Assembly: GCF_964204645.1 (NCBI RefSeq)
Contig: NC_134026.1
Span: forward strand, 18,138,150 to 18,202,149
DNA: 64,000 nucleotides
Source of the DNA: Tubulanus polymorphus
Taxonomy: Eukaryota; Animalia; Nemertea
Direction of reading: 5' to 3'
Of this stretch, positions 1 through 11,800 are shown piece after piece; position 1 is the first letter of the stretch, and each line of letters opens with the position of its first letter. The notes below the pieces were generated by a model, which was not told where the DNA came from, searched no databases, and saw only the letters and a list, made by a program, of their open reading frames with translations. The position numbers were made by a program, and so were the translations under genes.

Positions 1-660
1 AAAGAAACTGTTGTACCCAGCACTTGTACAATCCATTCGGTTGAAACGACTACTCAAAGGACTAGCCACAACCAAAAATCCGCTATGTATTGGGCAGCAC
101 TCAACAGACCTGAAATCTATACTCGGTTCCCATTGAATATGGGCATGCATTTCTTAATCGTAAAACCCAACCATGACAACACTACACCGAAAACTATTAC
201 AAGCTTTCAGCATTGCGACTATTTGTATGTCGACGAATTTGTTCTTGAGTTGGCATATTTTACGGATAAACTTTTGGAGTATTGCATCGAGAATCAAAAT
301 GATCTTGAAAATGTTAACATTGTGACAGTGGACAATATTGTTGACATGATTGTGGATAGTTTTGAACAAGAGAAGGACAATTTACCCGCCACTGTAATCA
401 ACGAAAATGATAGCGCCAAGATACAGACAATTTTAGATAAAATCAACGAACAGATCAAATCTAAACTCTTGTGTCAATGTAGAGAATTCAATATCCGAGG
501 AGCACGATTTATAAATCACATATATCTAAAAAAAATCAACCCAATACACTCTTCGGGGCAGCTGAACAGAAAATCATGCACATCATTCCGTGTTCGTTCA
601 GCACCGTTGAGCAATTGTTTCAAGGCGAGATTACGGTTCCCGTTGCCGAATCTCTGCTAG
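1..660 (+). CDS. Hypothetical viral protein, 5' partial
   Basis: Frame is open from base 1; possible frameshift at the A-run near 527-535; AATAAA near 765 and 793. Confidence 0.5.
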   Translation, partial: KETVVPSTCTIHSVETTTQRTSHNQKSAMYWAALNRPEIYTRFPLNMGMHFLIVKPNHDNTTPKTITSFQHCDYLYVDEFVLELAYFTDKLLEYCIENQNDLENVNIVTVDNIVDMIVDSFEQEKDNLPATVINENDSAKIQTILDKINEQIKSKLLCQCREFNIRGARFINHIYLKKINPIHSSGQLNRKSCTSFRVRSAPLSNCFKARLRFPLPNLC

Positions 661-982
661 AAAAACAACGCTGGTGTGGTCATAATATACCAAAGTCCTT
701 GAACAATCTCAGACTTTGTGAATATATAATAAATGTATATGTAAAATCTAAAAACCATTATATAAATAAAAAGATACCATTTATATAAATGAAATAAAAT
801 GTTTATTAGTTCATTTTCGCCATACACGTACAATAGCAATTAAGTTATTATTGAGCCAATCATTTGCACATAAACTTTTGAAACAAATCTGAGTACCCAA
901 ACCTTTTACTGGATGAGGTTTCCACCCAGGTTTCATCATTTCTGTTCGAGGTCCGTCTTGGCCCATTTGGCCTATAACCTCA

Positions 983-1984
983 TCAGCTCCATCTAGGCAT
1001 TTTTTTCAATCTCAAAGACAATACCGGTGGTATTCTAATCTTTCGACTGAAAATAATTACATCTTCCCACTTTTTGAGTTTATCACGCAAATCCATGATT
1101 TTGAATATCGGACCATCACTGGTCACAGTTAGTTCTTTGGTAAAAGGGCTCTTATAGATTAACACCGTGGTAAATTCTTTAATGGGCGATTGAGCCTTTT
1201 TTGTCCAGTGCCCATTTTACAGCAGGTTGAAACAAAGTACCAACATAAAATCCTTTACCAAACTCCCTGTGTGGAGCACACAAGTCCAAATCAACACCAC
1301 TTTGACTTATTTTGTTACCAGCAGTCTGAAACAGAAAATTTCTCGATTTTAACAATTTGTCAAGTTCCTTGGGTATTTGATCATCACTCTTTTTCATATC
1401 GAAATATTTTCTAACTCTGGGTCTGGGTAATTGGAACTTTTCTTATTCAACATGCGCCAACTTTTTACTTCTGTTCATTCACCACCGGCAGTATCAGGCT
1501 CATTCGTAACGTTGTTGTCTGCATCTATCGATTCGAGATAGCACCGTATCCATTCACAAATCGACTGTCTATTGGGTAATTCGGATTCGCCGTTGATTAT
1601 ATAGTTGAATATACCAACAACAGCTTCTATGAACCGATCTGTGAATTTACACTCGTTCAAAAGTTGGTTCAATTTTGTATGGGTATTTTTGCTGTACTTC
1701 ATTTCAAAGTCTATAGCTGTAACGTGCTCAATATCGTCAAATTCTCGCAAAAGTACATTTTCCAGCATACATGATATTTGATGTGTAAAATAATCATAAT
1801 CAAAAATACTCATTTGACCGTCGATGTTCATGTAGTATTCCTTGGGTAGCCACAATGCTTCACAGAGTTCCAGTGATTCGGGGTATAGAACGGTAGACAC
1901 AGACATCCTTACAGTTTGGTTACAAAAGTCAAAGTGAATATTTTGTTTATAAAACTCATCACATGTAATATTTTCTAACCTCAC
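983..1984 (-). pseudogene. DUF3990-like (ART-like fold) protein, disrupted; paralog of 24994-25770
   Basis: Fragments LYPESLELCEALWLPKEYY, then VDLDLCAPHREFGKGFYVG..AVKWA, then WEDVI..GPIF. TGA at 1475-1477 aligns with TGG (W) in the paralog (GGE*TEVKS vs DGPWTEYKS). Confidence 0.6.
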
Positions 1985-2266
1985 ATTTTCTTCGTTTGAA
2001 TGTGTCCGGGGGATATATCATCGTCAGAAGATGATGATATACCACTGGCACAGTTTAAGATTAAACTGATAGAACGCGCGCATAAAACACGCCATCACAT
2101 TCAATATGTCGGATCATTCTTCTTCACAAAAGCACAGTTATTGTCTTTTATGATAATCTAAATTTATTACTCCTTTTTGTGTTTTTTATTCAGTACTAAT
2201 CGACACATTTCCAGAATCTTCTGACGATTCTGTCCTGATTCAACTTGGGTTTGTGCCACGTTCTTG

Positions 2267-2350
2267 TTCATTTCGGCCATGTTCTCACTTGTTTGTGGCA
2301 TGTTCTCGTTCATTTCGGCCATGTTCTCACTTGTTTGTGGCATGTTCTCG
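2267..2350. repeat. Two tandem copies of a 42-bp unit
   Basis: ttcatttcggccatgttctcacttgtttgtggcatgttctcg x2. Confidence 0.85.
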
Positions 2351-2415
2351 TTCTTATGTTTTTATGGATGGGTATAGTCGCTCCGGTCATTTGGTGTTGT
2401 TGATCATGGGTAGAT

Positions 2416-3152
2416 TCATTTCACCCCCCTCTTGAGTTTCCACCTCGAGTGTAATATTCGCATCGCGTTGGGTTTGTCTTCTATCCTCTCCTGGAATCTG
2501 TTCGCATCGCGTTGGGTTTGTGATCTTATATCCTCTCCTGGGATCAGAACATCCAACGGTATGGTACCATTACGTTGGAAATCTTCGATCATTTGTTTAA
2601 ATTTATACACATTTGTGAAGACCATTTATAGTCATCAAATGTACTTCAGCCCATCGACGCCATCCTTTGGCTTTTTCGTTATTTTCACACGCTTTTATGT
2701 GGTAACTAGCTGTGCCGCAGTTTACATTGATAGCCGATAATGTATCGCTTAAAGAGAAGAACAACTCGTTTTTAATTTTACAGTAGTGTACATTGACTTT
2801 GTTGTATGTAATGTAATGATACAATAAGGGTATGTCAGGTTGATGAACAATGTTGATGGGTATGTATATAAATTCAACCGTTGCAAGTCTTTTTCTTGAA
2901 TAAAGAAGCACTCTGCGACTTTTTGTATGTACTTGGTATAAACATGTTGGGGTATTTTCTTCTGTTTTAACAACCGTATCGTTGTTTGATAATAATTCAC
3001 TCCTTCTATTACAAAACCGGTATATTCTCTATCCTCCTCTCCTTCTATAACGGAACGTCGGGTAATAAGCCATTTTGTGAGCAGATATTTGACCACCAAA
3101 AATTCAAGACAGTTTTACAAGTCCGACAATATTTGACTTGGAATTTGTTCAT
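2416..3152 (-). pseudogene. Frameshifted gene, possibly Bro-N-like
   Basis: Three overlapping minus-strand ORF pieces; NELFFSLSDTLSAIN and HLMTINGL loosely resemble Bro-N motifs. Confidence 0.3.
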
Positions 3153-3180
3153 GCATATATACATATTATTTTACAAAAGT

Positions 3181-4773
3181 CTATTTTCGCAACACACTCA
3201 GTTCAATCTGTCCAAGACCATCACCGCGAGTGATCGACTGAACCCAGCCGTCTTCGTACTTGGAATCAAATTTCAAAGTCATTCTATCATTGATTGCCGG
3301 TACAAGTCCATCGTGGCTCATACACCAACAGCCACACAAATTTTTGATCTTTTTCACAAGTTTTGTGATTTCTTTGGGTCCTGACAGGACAATGTTCGGA
3401 AAAATAACAAACGCGACCATTGTAATAGGTGAACAAGTTAACTTCTCTGATGCATCATCTAATAGCGCCACAAATACTTTTTCGACCGAGTCTTCAGAGG
3501 GTAGAATTAAATGTTTTTTAATGTTCGTCTTGAGAGTGTTTAGGATCTCAATCAACTCGAAATCCTCAACCGAAGCGTGAAATCCTATCATAAAGTTCAA
3601 CTTCGTTTCGATGTTGGGGAATATCAATTGATTTTTCGGCTTTTTCAGCATAATGAGTTTACTTTCTATATCTCTGGGTATATCCTGGTGAACGAGTTGT
3701 GTGTAGAAGTGTACATCCATTTGGTCTTTGTCTAGTTTTTGAATTGCTCTGACTCGATATGGTGCGGAATGGAAATCCTTACGACTCTTTTCGATGAATT
3801 TACAAAGTTCCTTTCTGTTGGAGTGTGTCACTTTTCGCACTCCACGACCCCATGTAGCGCACATAGCTATGTGGTCGTTTTGGGTGGTGGTGTCTTTATG
3901 TTGGTTAGCATGGGTAAACATTCGTACACCGTTGTAGATCATATCCCTGAGCACTTGTTTTTCGTTCGGCTTCAATAGGCCGCTTTCATCGTTCAGAACT
4001 TTATATGCGTATTCAGTCATCTTCAGTTCGACAGCCGATGGTGTGTATTGCTCCGTAAAATAATGAATGTCGTGGTACGGAGTGTTGAGGGTATATTTGG
4101 TGACCGTAGAGAAGTCAACTTCAATGATGATCATCCGGTTAAAGTCCCAAGTTGGCTGATTTATAGCTTCATCGACGCTGTTCATGGGTACGTGTTCGTA
4201 ATTTCCGATAAATTTCCCATCTGCATATCGCCAATGCATGGTTTCGTATTGTTCTGATTTGGTTACACTGTTTGTGAGCACCTTGACACTGCTACGAGTC
4301 CATTGGTAGTTTTCAAACATGCTGAGAATCTCCGGCGTCATTTGCTTGTATTCGTTATCGTGCCGATTTCTAACCAACCTCGATAACAATTCCATAGTCA
4401 AGTCCACACACAGATTTTCAATTTGCCACATGTCGGAAATCTGCAAGTATCTGGACATGTCGTCTAGGGATAAACTCTTCAACAGATCGAACTTTGCAAA
4501 TCCATTGGCTTGTGTGGTAGCGATGGATAGATATTCATTTAGAAAGTTAATATCATCGACGTAGAGATCCGGAGCTTGTATGATGTTGTCGGGTATTTCA
4601 AAGTAGGATGTTCTGATGCGATCGATAAAGTCAATGTTTGATGCTAGGATGTGTATGTTGATGGGTACTTTTCCGTCTACGCATTGAATATGATAGTCCG
4701 TGTTATCGAAATGCGCCACCAACGGTGAAACACTGTCTTTGGACCACGGGTACTGTATCTTAGGTTTTCCCAT
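3181..4773 (-). CDS. Hypothetical 530-aa protein with possible N-terminal BTB-like domain
   Basis: Long intact ORF; TDYHIQCVDGKVPINIHILASNIDFI resembles the start of a BTB/POZ domain (domain call weak). Confidence 0.7.
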   Translation of the reverse strand: MGKPKIQYPWSKDSVSPLVAHFDNTDYHIQCVDGKVPINIHILASNIDFIDRIRTSYFEIPDNIIQAPDLYVDDINFLNEYLSIATTQANGFAKFDLLKSLSLDDMSRYLQISDMWQIENLCVDLTMELLSRLVRNRHDNEYKQMTPEILSMFENYQWTRSSVKVLTNSVTKSEQYETMHWRYADGKFIGNYEHVPMNSVDEAINQPTWDFNRMIIIEVDFSTVTKYTLNTPYHDIHYFTEQYTPSAVELKMTEYAYKVLNDESGLLKPNEKQVLRDMIYNGVRMFTHANQHKDTTTQNDHIAMCATWGRGVRKVTHSNRKELCKFIEKSRKDFHSAPYRVRAIQKLDKDQMDVHFYTQLVHQDIPRDIESKLIMLKKPKNQLIFPNIETKLNFMIGFHASVEDFELIEILNTLKTNIKKHLILPSEDSVEKVFVALLDDASEKLTCSPITMVAFVIFPNIVLSGPKEITKLVKKIKNLCGCWCMSHDGLVPAINDRMTLKFDSKYEDGWVQSITRGDGLGQIELSVLRK

Positions 4774-4944
4774 GCTGGATGGTAAATGAGATGTGCGTCA
4801 TGTGTGTTGAACTATAAATTCTTTGGTGTCTTGTGGCCAAATGTCCGTTTCTGGTCACACACCTCATTTTAGTACTTTTTCGGGTGAGAAAAATATTTTC
4901 GAACTTATAAAAATGTTACTTTTTGTGTTTGTTTTGTTCCGGAC

Positions 4945-5132
4945 TTTGCTTATTTCTCCTCTTGTAACCTTATTTCTCCTCTCGTAACCTTATTTCTCCT
5001 CTTGTAACCCGCACGATGTTCTTTTTCTATGGTCCACAAATACAATTGCAGAGAGTTTGGAATCCAATAATTCCGTTAAATCTTCATCCTTGACACAATA
5101 TTGATATCCAATATAATGGAGAAATAAGCAAA
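4945..5132. repeat. Hairpin element copy 1 (20-bp unit CTTATTTCTCCTCTYGTAAC)
   Basis: Three tandem units at 4949-5008; inverted GGAGAAATAAGCAAA at 5118-5132. Confidence 0.85.
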
Positions 5133-5176
5133 CTCAACCGAACACAACCAAACACCAACTTCAAAGTTTGAATTGA

Positions 5177-5800
5177 TTACAAACAATTTATTGCAGGTCT
5201 ACAGAATGTATAATCAATTGGATTTTCAATACGTATATGATTTTCAATGTCTTTTCTGTTTTCTAGGTTGCCAGGGGTAAGTTGGACGAATTCTCCATCA
5301 ACGTTTTTGTTCAATACCATTGTCCAAGAACGCATAAACTTTTTCGTGTTGGCATCAGCGTGAAAAAACACACCATTGTCCAAAACAATCTGTTTCAATT
5401 CATCATACACTTCTTGAAACAAGTCGTCGTAATATCCATCCATCTCTGTTGTTTTTGCACTGTATACAGAAACAACCAGTTCATGTGTATCAGTAGAGTA
5501 ATGTATCACTATTGGTGAATTCTGGGTATCGTCGTTAGCACGTTTGGCAAATTTCAATGTCGTAAGGAAATCAAACCAAGTCAATCTATCGGTATCATCG
5601 CCGTAAGGTTTTAAGACTAAAATCGTCAACTCCCTTTCATTTACTCGATGTTCGTATATGCGATAAATTCGTTTATTATTTTCATTCCTTAGCGTGTTGA
5701 GATTTTCATTGAGATTCGTATCAAACATTGCATCGGTCATTGGTATGATGACCATTTTACTTTTAATGGGTGTTGGTGTCGCAGGTGCTGCTGCTTCCAT
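5177..5800 (-). CDS. Hypothetical protein (about 207 aa)
   Basis: ATG at 5800 (MEAAAP...) immediately downstream of the polymerase gene. Confidence 0.7.
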   Translation of the reverse strand: MEAAAPATPTPIKSKMVIIPMTDAMFDTNLNENLNTLRNENNKRIYRIYEHRVNERELTILVLKPYGDDTDRLTWFDFLTTLKFAKRANDDTQNSPIVIHYSTDTHELVVSVYSAKTTEMDGYYDDLFQEVYDELKQIVLDNGVFFHADANTKKFMRSWTMVLNKNVDGEFVQLTPGNLENRKDIENHIRIENPIDYTFCRPAINCL

Positions 5801-5820
5801 GATTCTGCAATGTGGAATGA

Positions 5821-8800
5821 TTACAATTTTGGTACGAAACACAATTTTGTTTGTACCAGGTTACTATTTCTTGTAACGTTTTTTGTCTCTATGTATATCA
5901 CATCATCATCGTCCAGAAAGTCCGAATCTGTACATTGTACCGTGGTTGAAGTTGAGGCTTGAGGCAGTAATGTGGTTGGTGTCGGTGCTGTGACTGTCTG
6001 AGCGGTACCAAACGACATTTTTTCACGAGGGGTATGCAACTTTCCGAATATCTCACTATCTACTGCTCGGTCTTTGACATGGGTAATTGGAATAGTACAG
6101 GGAGTCATGGTTGTCCCTCCATATCTATTTTTTGGAACACATGATATTTCCAACTCCATCAAATCCTGAAAAAACACCATTTTCAGACAGTTGTCAGGGT
6201 TTTTCAGTGATCTGCTCAACTTTTGCTCTAGTAACGGGATTAATTCGTCAATGTACACACATAAACCAGGTTGTCTGCGGACCCAGTGACTTTGTTGTCT
6301 TTCATCGTCTCTTACGATTTCACATGGAATTACAATGTCTTGGAGCGGCTTTTTAAAGTGTAATCGCGACCTTTTAGTTTTCTTGTGATCAAATGTGGTC
6401 GTGTTGACACTGAATGTGGCTGAGTTGAGAATCGGGGTAAATTGTACAACTCTATAGACATTTTTGCCTATATCCACGATATCACGCATTTTTTGAAGTG
6501 CGGATAACAAGAGATCACCATTACATTTGTAGGCGAACGTGTTTTGACGATTTAGACAAAACGAATCGTTGTTGACTAATTCAGAATAGCCATTAACGTT
6601 GTCTGTGATAAACGGCGTGGTCATTGTTTGAATCGTGTACGGGTACATATCAACTATGCAGTAGTCGGGTATGATTGGAGATTTTTTCTTCTGAGTTAAC
6701 ATCACGCGTTCGTTCAACCAAGTGTTGTAGTCTGGTCCGATCGATACACATTTCGGCTCAGATGTGACTTTGTTGATGAAATCTTTTCCGGATTTATGTA
6801 TCGTGTATAAGGTAGAGTGTTGAATTGATATCACGAACCATCTAAAGTCCATCAATTCTCGACCTCGATTTGTGTAGAGTGCCCACAGATCGACGGTCTT
6901 GTGTGTTTCATCTGTTGTGGACAGATTCAACTTGTGCGTGGATAGTATCGGTGAAGAGTTGCCATCCACGCACTCTTCTGCCCACTTGGTAATCAATTGA
7001 TCTGTGGTGGTGGGTTCACCGATAGCCGCAAAATCATCAAAAGTTGAAATTGCGTAGTTACCAGACATCATAACTCGCAAACACATCCGATCCATAGGGT
7101 ATGAGTCCAAATTGTTCATATAGTTGAGTGCCCTTTCACTGAGATTACCAACTAAGTTGTTTCTGAGTTGTTTTCGTTTTATTTCACCATCTGTCATGGA
7201 CTTGGTCTGTTGAATGGTTGAGAATATTTTGCTATGTTTATTGGCAATAGCACCGTGTTTCATACTGCTGCCTATGGACGATGTTTTTTTGTCTTCTATG
7301 GTGAGTATGAGATGTTTGGCTTCTTCTTTGAGTTTGTTCACTGTCATTATGGATGTATTCAACATCAAAGTGTCTCGCATGTCGGTCATTTCTTTCATAG
7401 CCGATCTGAAAGTTCTGGTTTTTCGGTATTGGTCCGGGGTATACTTGAACCCGTATCTTTCTGAATCGGCTACCATCGTCTTGTCAAATTTTGTCAAATC
7501 AGCTGAAGTCAACTTTTTCATTTTCTGACTCTCTTCTTTGCGTTTTATTTCCTCCTTTTCTATCGGGCAGTTGACCAGAATTGTGTCCAACAATTTCTTC
7601 TGAGTACCGCTAATCTGTGCTTGGCACGATCTGGTGAGCGTTACATACATCGGTGCCTTGTCTAGGGGTAAATTTTTCTTTTTACATTCCTTGGCGGCTG
7701 CTTTCGTTGCGACAGTTTTCATTTTTTCCATATCACCGACTTTTTCTTTGCTCTGGACTTTGCTCGGGTCTAACAGTTTTAGACCACAGCAGAGTTGTTG
7801 GCGCAGGTCGTCTTTTTCCTCGGTAGATAATATTTGGTTTAACTTTGTCTCTATTTCATCTATGACTTCTTCGATGAGAATTGTTCTGTAGGCCATATGA
7901 TAGACTTCTTCGCCGTAGGTAAGTGAACCGATAGGATCTCTGTCCAGCAACAGGTACATGCTGCCGTACTGCATTTGAGTTTTTAGCTTGGTTGCAGTAT
8001 TTTTCATTCCGACTAGCCCGGCAACGTGAAACGATACAACATATTCTCCTCCACCACCCTTTTCCACCTTGGGTCCGCAGTAATTTTTCTGTCCCTGGCA
8101 GACTGTTCCACGATGAAAGTATTTTTCGAAGAGGAATTTACTTGGCGCCTGATCTCTGTTGGCAAATTCCAAGTACTCGTCAACGATTGTCAAAGAGTGG
8201 GTAATTATGGTCTTTGTGCCGCTTTTCTCAGGGAGGCCAAGTTTTTTGGCAAAAGTCGACAAGTCGCTAAATTCTAACTCTGAACCGAAGAGTAGAAAGT
8301 CAGAATCTGTATCGGCATTGGCAATTTTTTCCGCATACCATTTTTGAGTTATTTTTGCAATATAGTCTGAATACCACGTTTGCCATATATGTGCCATTCT
8401 AAGAGTTTGATTTCGTCCGTACTTGGTAACAAGTGCCGATATGAGGGCCAACATGACACCACAAAATCCATAGACTATATTCAGCAAAAGTTTTAAAGCC
8501 TTTTGATTTTGATCGTAGTTGGCCTTTTTGAAGGGATCTTTTTCGGTCGCCATGAGTCGTTTAAAGTGTAGTCTGTTGCCCAACATATCGTCACAGGTGA
8601 AACTTTCGATGGTTTTGTATTGATCAGCTTTTATTTTTGCCACCACCAAGTTGACGATATTCCCATCTAAATCGACCGTAGTTAACATCTCCATGTCGTA
8701 GTGAACTCCCCGTTTCAAATTATTTCGCTTGATGTACTCCATCGTGACCATACCGGTCATGCCAACATTTTCCTTCATGATTGCCCTTGGGTACATGTTG

Positions 8801-11800
8801 GTGGCATCGACACAAGCGCAAGGTGTGCCTATAAACTCGGGTACTGCTCCTCGAATGCCGCCAGGTTGTTTCAACTGTTCAAAGTGTTTTATGGCGTCGT
8901 ATTTGAAGCCCGGTTTCTTCATGTCTTCTTCGGTAATTTTCTTGGATGTGCCAGGCATGACGGTTTTATCGAACCAAGTCCCATTGTTGGCTAGGACTCC
9001 ACTGACCATGCACATTGGCGCGTCTTCGTAAATCGTCCGCGGTGGTTGCACCGTTTTCATACAGACTGTTGTGGTGAAAGCCAAAGATTCCTTTTGGATG
9101 TACATGATGGCGGGTAGTAACACATCGATCAAGTTGTACTCTAGGATGATGTCGGTTTCACCGTTCCGATAAGTATCCAATAGATTCGTGTACTTTACTT
9201 TTTCGTGTTCCAATTTCTTTATGCCCAGTTGACGAAACGTGGCTGTGGATAAATCAATCATCTTGGCGGCATTCTGTGCCACCAACGGCATCATGTCCAC
9301 ATAGGTGCTGTTGTTGACGGCAATGTACTTGATTCTTTTGAAAATATCGTTTACGCCTTGCACACCTTCTATGGCAGCCATCTGTTGGGTTTTTTCATCT
9401 TCAGACAGGTATCCTTCGTCCTCAGGATCATTGGCAAATTCCTCGAAAGCAACATCAACACAATGATTGTCCATGTCATCGAAAAATACGCTATCATCGT
9501 CGCTATTGTCAGTTGTAGTATCGCCCTTGCGCCGTCTTTTACTCGTCGTTGTACTGCAGCTTGTAGTGCTATCGACCGATTCGTAGCCACTGATCGTGTT
9601 GTTATTTAAGCCACTCATCGAGGTTGAAGCACCGTTTTGAAGAAGTCGTTTTTTACCCGACGGATTGTTGCTGCTAGTGGATGAAGGTGCTCGTTTACGC
9701 TTGCCTGTGGATTTTTTGACAGCACCGGAACTTTTTTTCGATCTGGTACTTTTCCACCACTCGTATGAGACCTCTCTGGGTATATCGGGTGGTAGAACGA
9801 AATATTTGACGAAATCAGCCGCTTCCTTGTCAACTTCCGAATTCATGATTTCCGTCAGTTTCGTGGACGTGCCACCAGCTATGCGTCGATTACCTCTGAT
9901 CATTTCCCAGTCGCGTTTTCTCTTGTCTATAACTTTTGCTTGTTCTTCACCGTTGACTTTGAAGACCAATTTTGCCTTGGTATCCATTCGATGTGATAGA
10001 CAGAGGTGGAATGCATTGTTGAACATGCTCTTAGGTTTTGTGATTTTGTTGGCAGTTTTATTGTTGCGTTTTTGCTTCAATTCTAGCACGTATTCCTTAG
10101 GTTCAATTTTGCCGCTAACACAGGGAACCGTAGCCCGCATTCTATTTTCGAAAACACTCCAATCGAAACAAGTACTGTTGTAACCGATCAGTATGGGACA
10201 GTCTCTTAGATAGAGCGTCATTTTTACAATCAACTCTGCTTCCGTGTCGCATTCTTCAATAAAAACCGTTTCGTTGGGTATCATGTTCAAGTCGACTTTT
10301 TTAAGAAACGCATTAAGTTTCTCTTGCACCTCTTCATCGTCTGGATCACCTTTTATGTGGAGTTTTACATCTTCGATGATTTTTTCCAAGTCCCCACTAC
10401 CTTCCGTTTTTTGTTTTGGTGGAGGCTTGCCGGTTTTTGGATCATTCGGCGGCTTGACTAGGAATAAAACATGTTCTTGAAATGTATAGTTGCCTTGTGG
10501 CGTTTTCTCGTGATTGAACTTGGATGCTACCGCAGATATGATTGGATCACATTGTGATGTGGGTATGGCATTTTTTTCAAAGCCTGTTTCCAAATCGATC
10601 GACACGCACTCTAAATTGGTTACTATCGTCTTGGCAATTTCTTCTCGTGTTTCGTTGCGTTGTTTTGAGACATTTTTGTCTTCTAACGCGACTATCTCTG
10701 TTCTCCAAAACGTAGTGGCCACATTTCGTAGAGCTGATGTAATTTCTACAAGTCTCAGCCGGACTTGGTCGATAATATCAGAGGTGACAATGCATTCTGC
10801 GTTCAACACACCACTTCTGCTAGCCATACTGCTCATTTCAAACACAAAATGGGAGAAGACATCGTCAGATTGGTACAAGTTGACATTTTTCGTAAGTGGG
10901 TGCAACACTTTACGTTTCAAGTCCTTGTCCCATGATATTATGAGAGGTTCTGCAGCATCGTTTAGTTCATCTCTCATTTCTTTCAACAATTCGGCTAATT
11001 GGTGGACTTGTCTTTTCATTATATAGCCGGAAAGCTTTCTCGTATAATCCCATTCTTTTCGTTTGTAGTTGATAGAGTAGTCAACATCATCTTCGGTGAA
11101 ATCTGCCCCAGCGTCTTCAAAACGCTCGGTTACGTTGATTCGTTCGGTCTCAGCCTTGCGCCGAATTTCTTCTCTGTAAACTTTAGTGATTTCTTCGTTC
11201 ATTTTCTCAGCATCCATATGATACCAATGTTCGGGTATAATTTGGGTATCGTCGTCATAGTAGACTTCATCAGCGCCGAGTGGATCTTTGACATCGTTTT
11301 CACAGCACAGATCTATAGTCTCGGCCAGCTTTCTCGCTAATTTCGTCAATAATTTGCCCTTGTACGTGTTCGGTTCAAGTTGACGAAAATCTAATGAACC
11401 CAACAGCTCATTTTCTTCCTCATCGATGTCCATGCACTCGGAGTCGTCATTTGGCAGCGGTTCTACAATCTCAATCTCCCTATCGCTGTAGGGAAACGTG
11501 ATGTCTTTGTAGTAGACATGACTTTGAAAATATTTAATTTCATCGTCTTTTTCACGTCGAGATTTAATGTGGGGTAAAGTCGCATCAAACGAAGACATTG
11601 CCTCTTCGTTATAAAAGCCGTGGGTTTGGGTATTGTTGGCAGATGTGTTTTGATTATTGTCTCCATTACAAAGTGTCTCGTAGTCCCAAGTTTTATGTTG
11701 GTCAATTTCAATTTCAGAAGAGCATTGTTGTTGTCTGGCAGTATCTCTGCGCATAACACCTATCGGTTTGGTACTTTTCGAAACCATGTGACGGGTATAG

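Noticed and set aside
3840-3960. Helicase-like motif (CATWGRGV) in the 530-aa ORF
   Set aside because: No Walker A/B or other helicase motifs accompany it.
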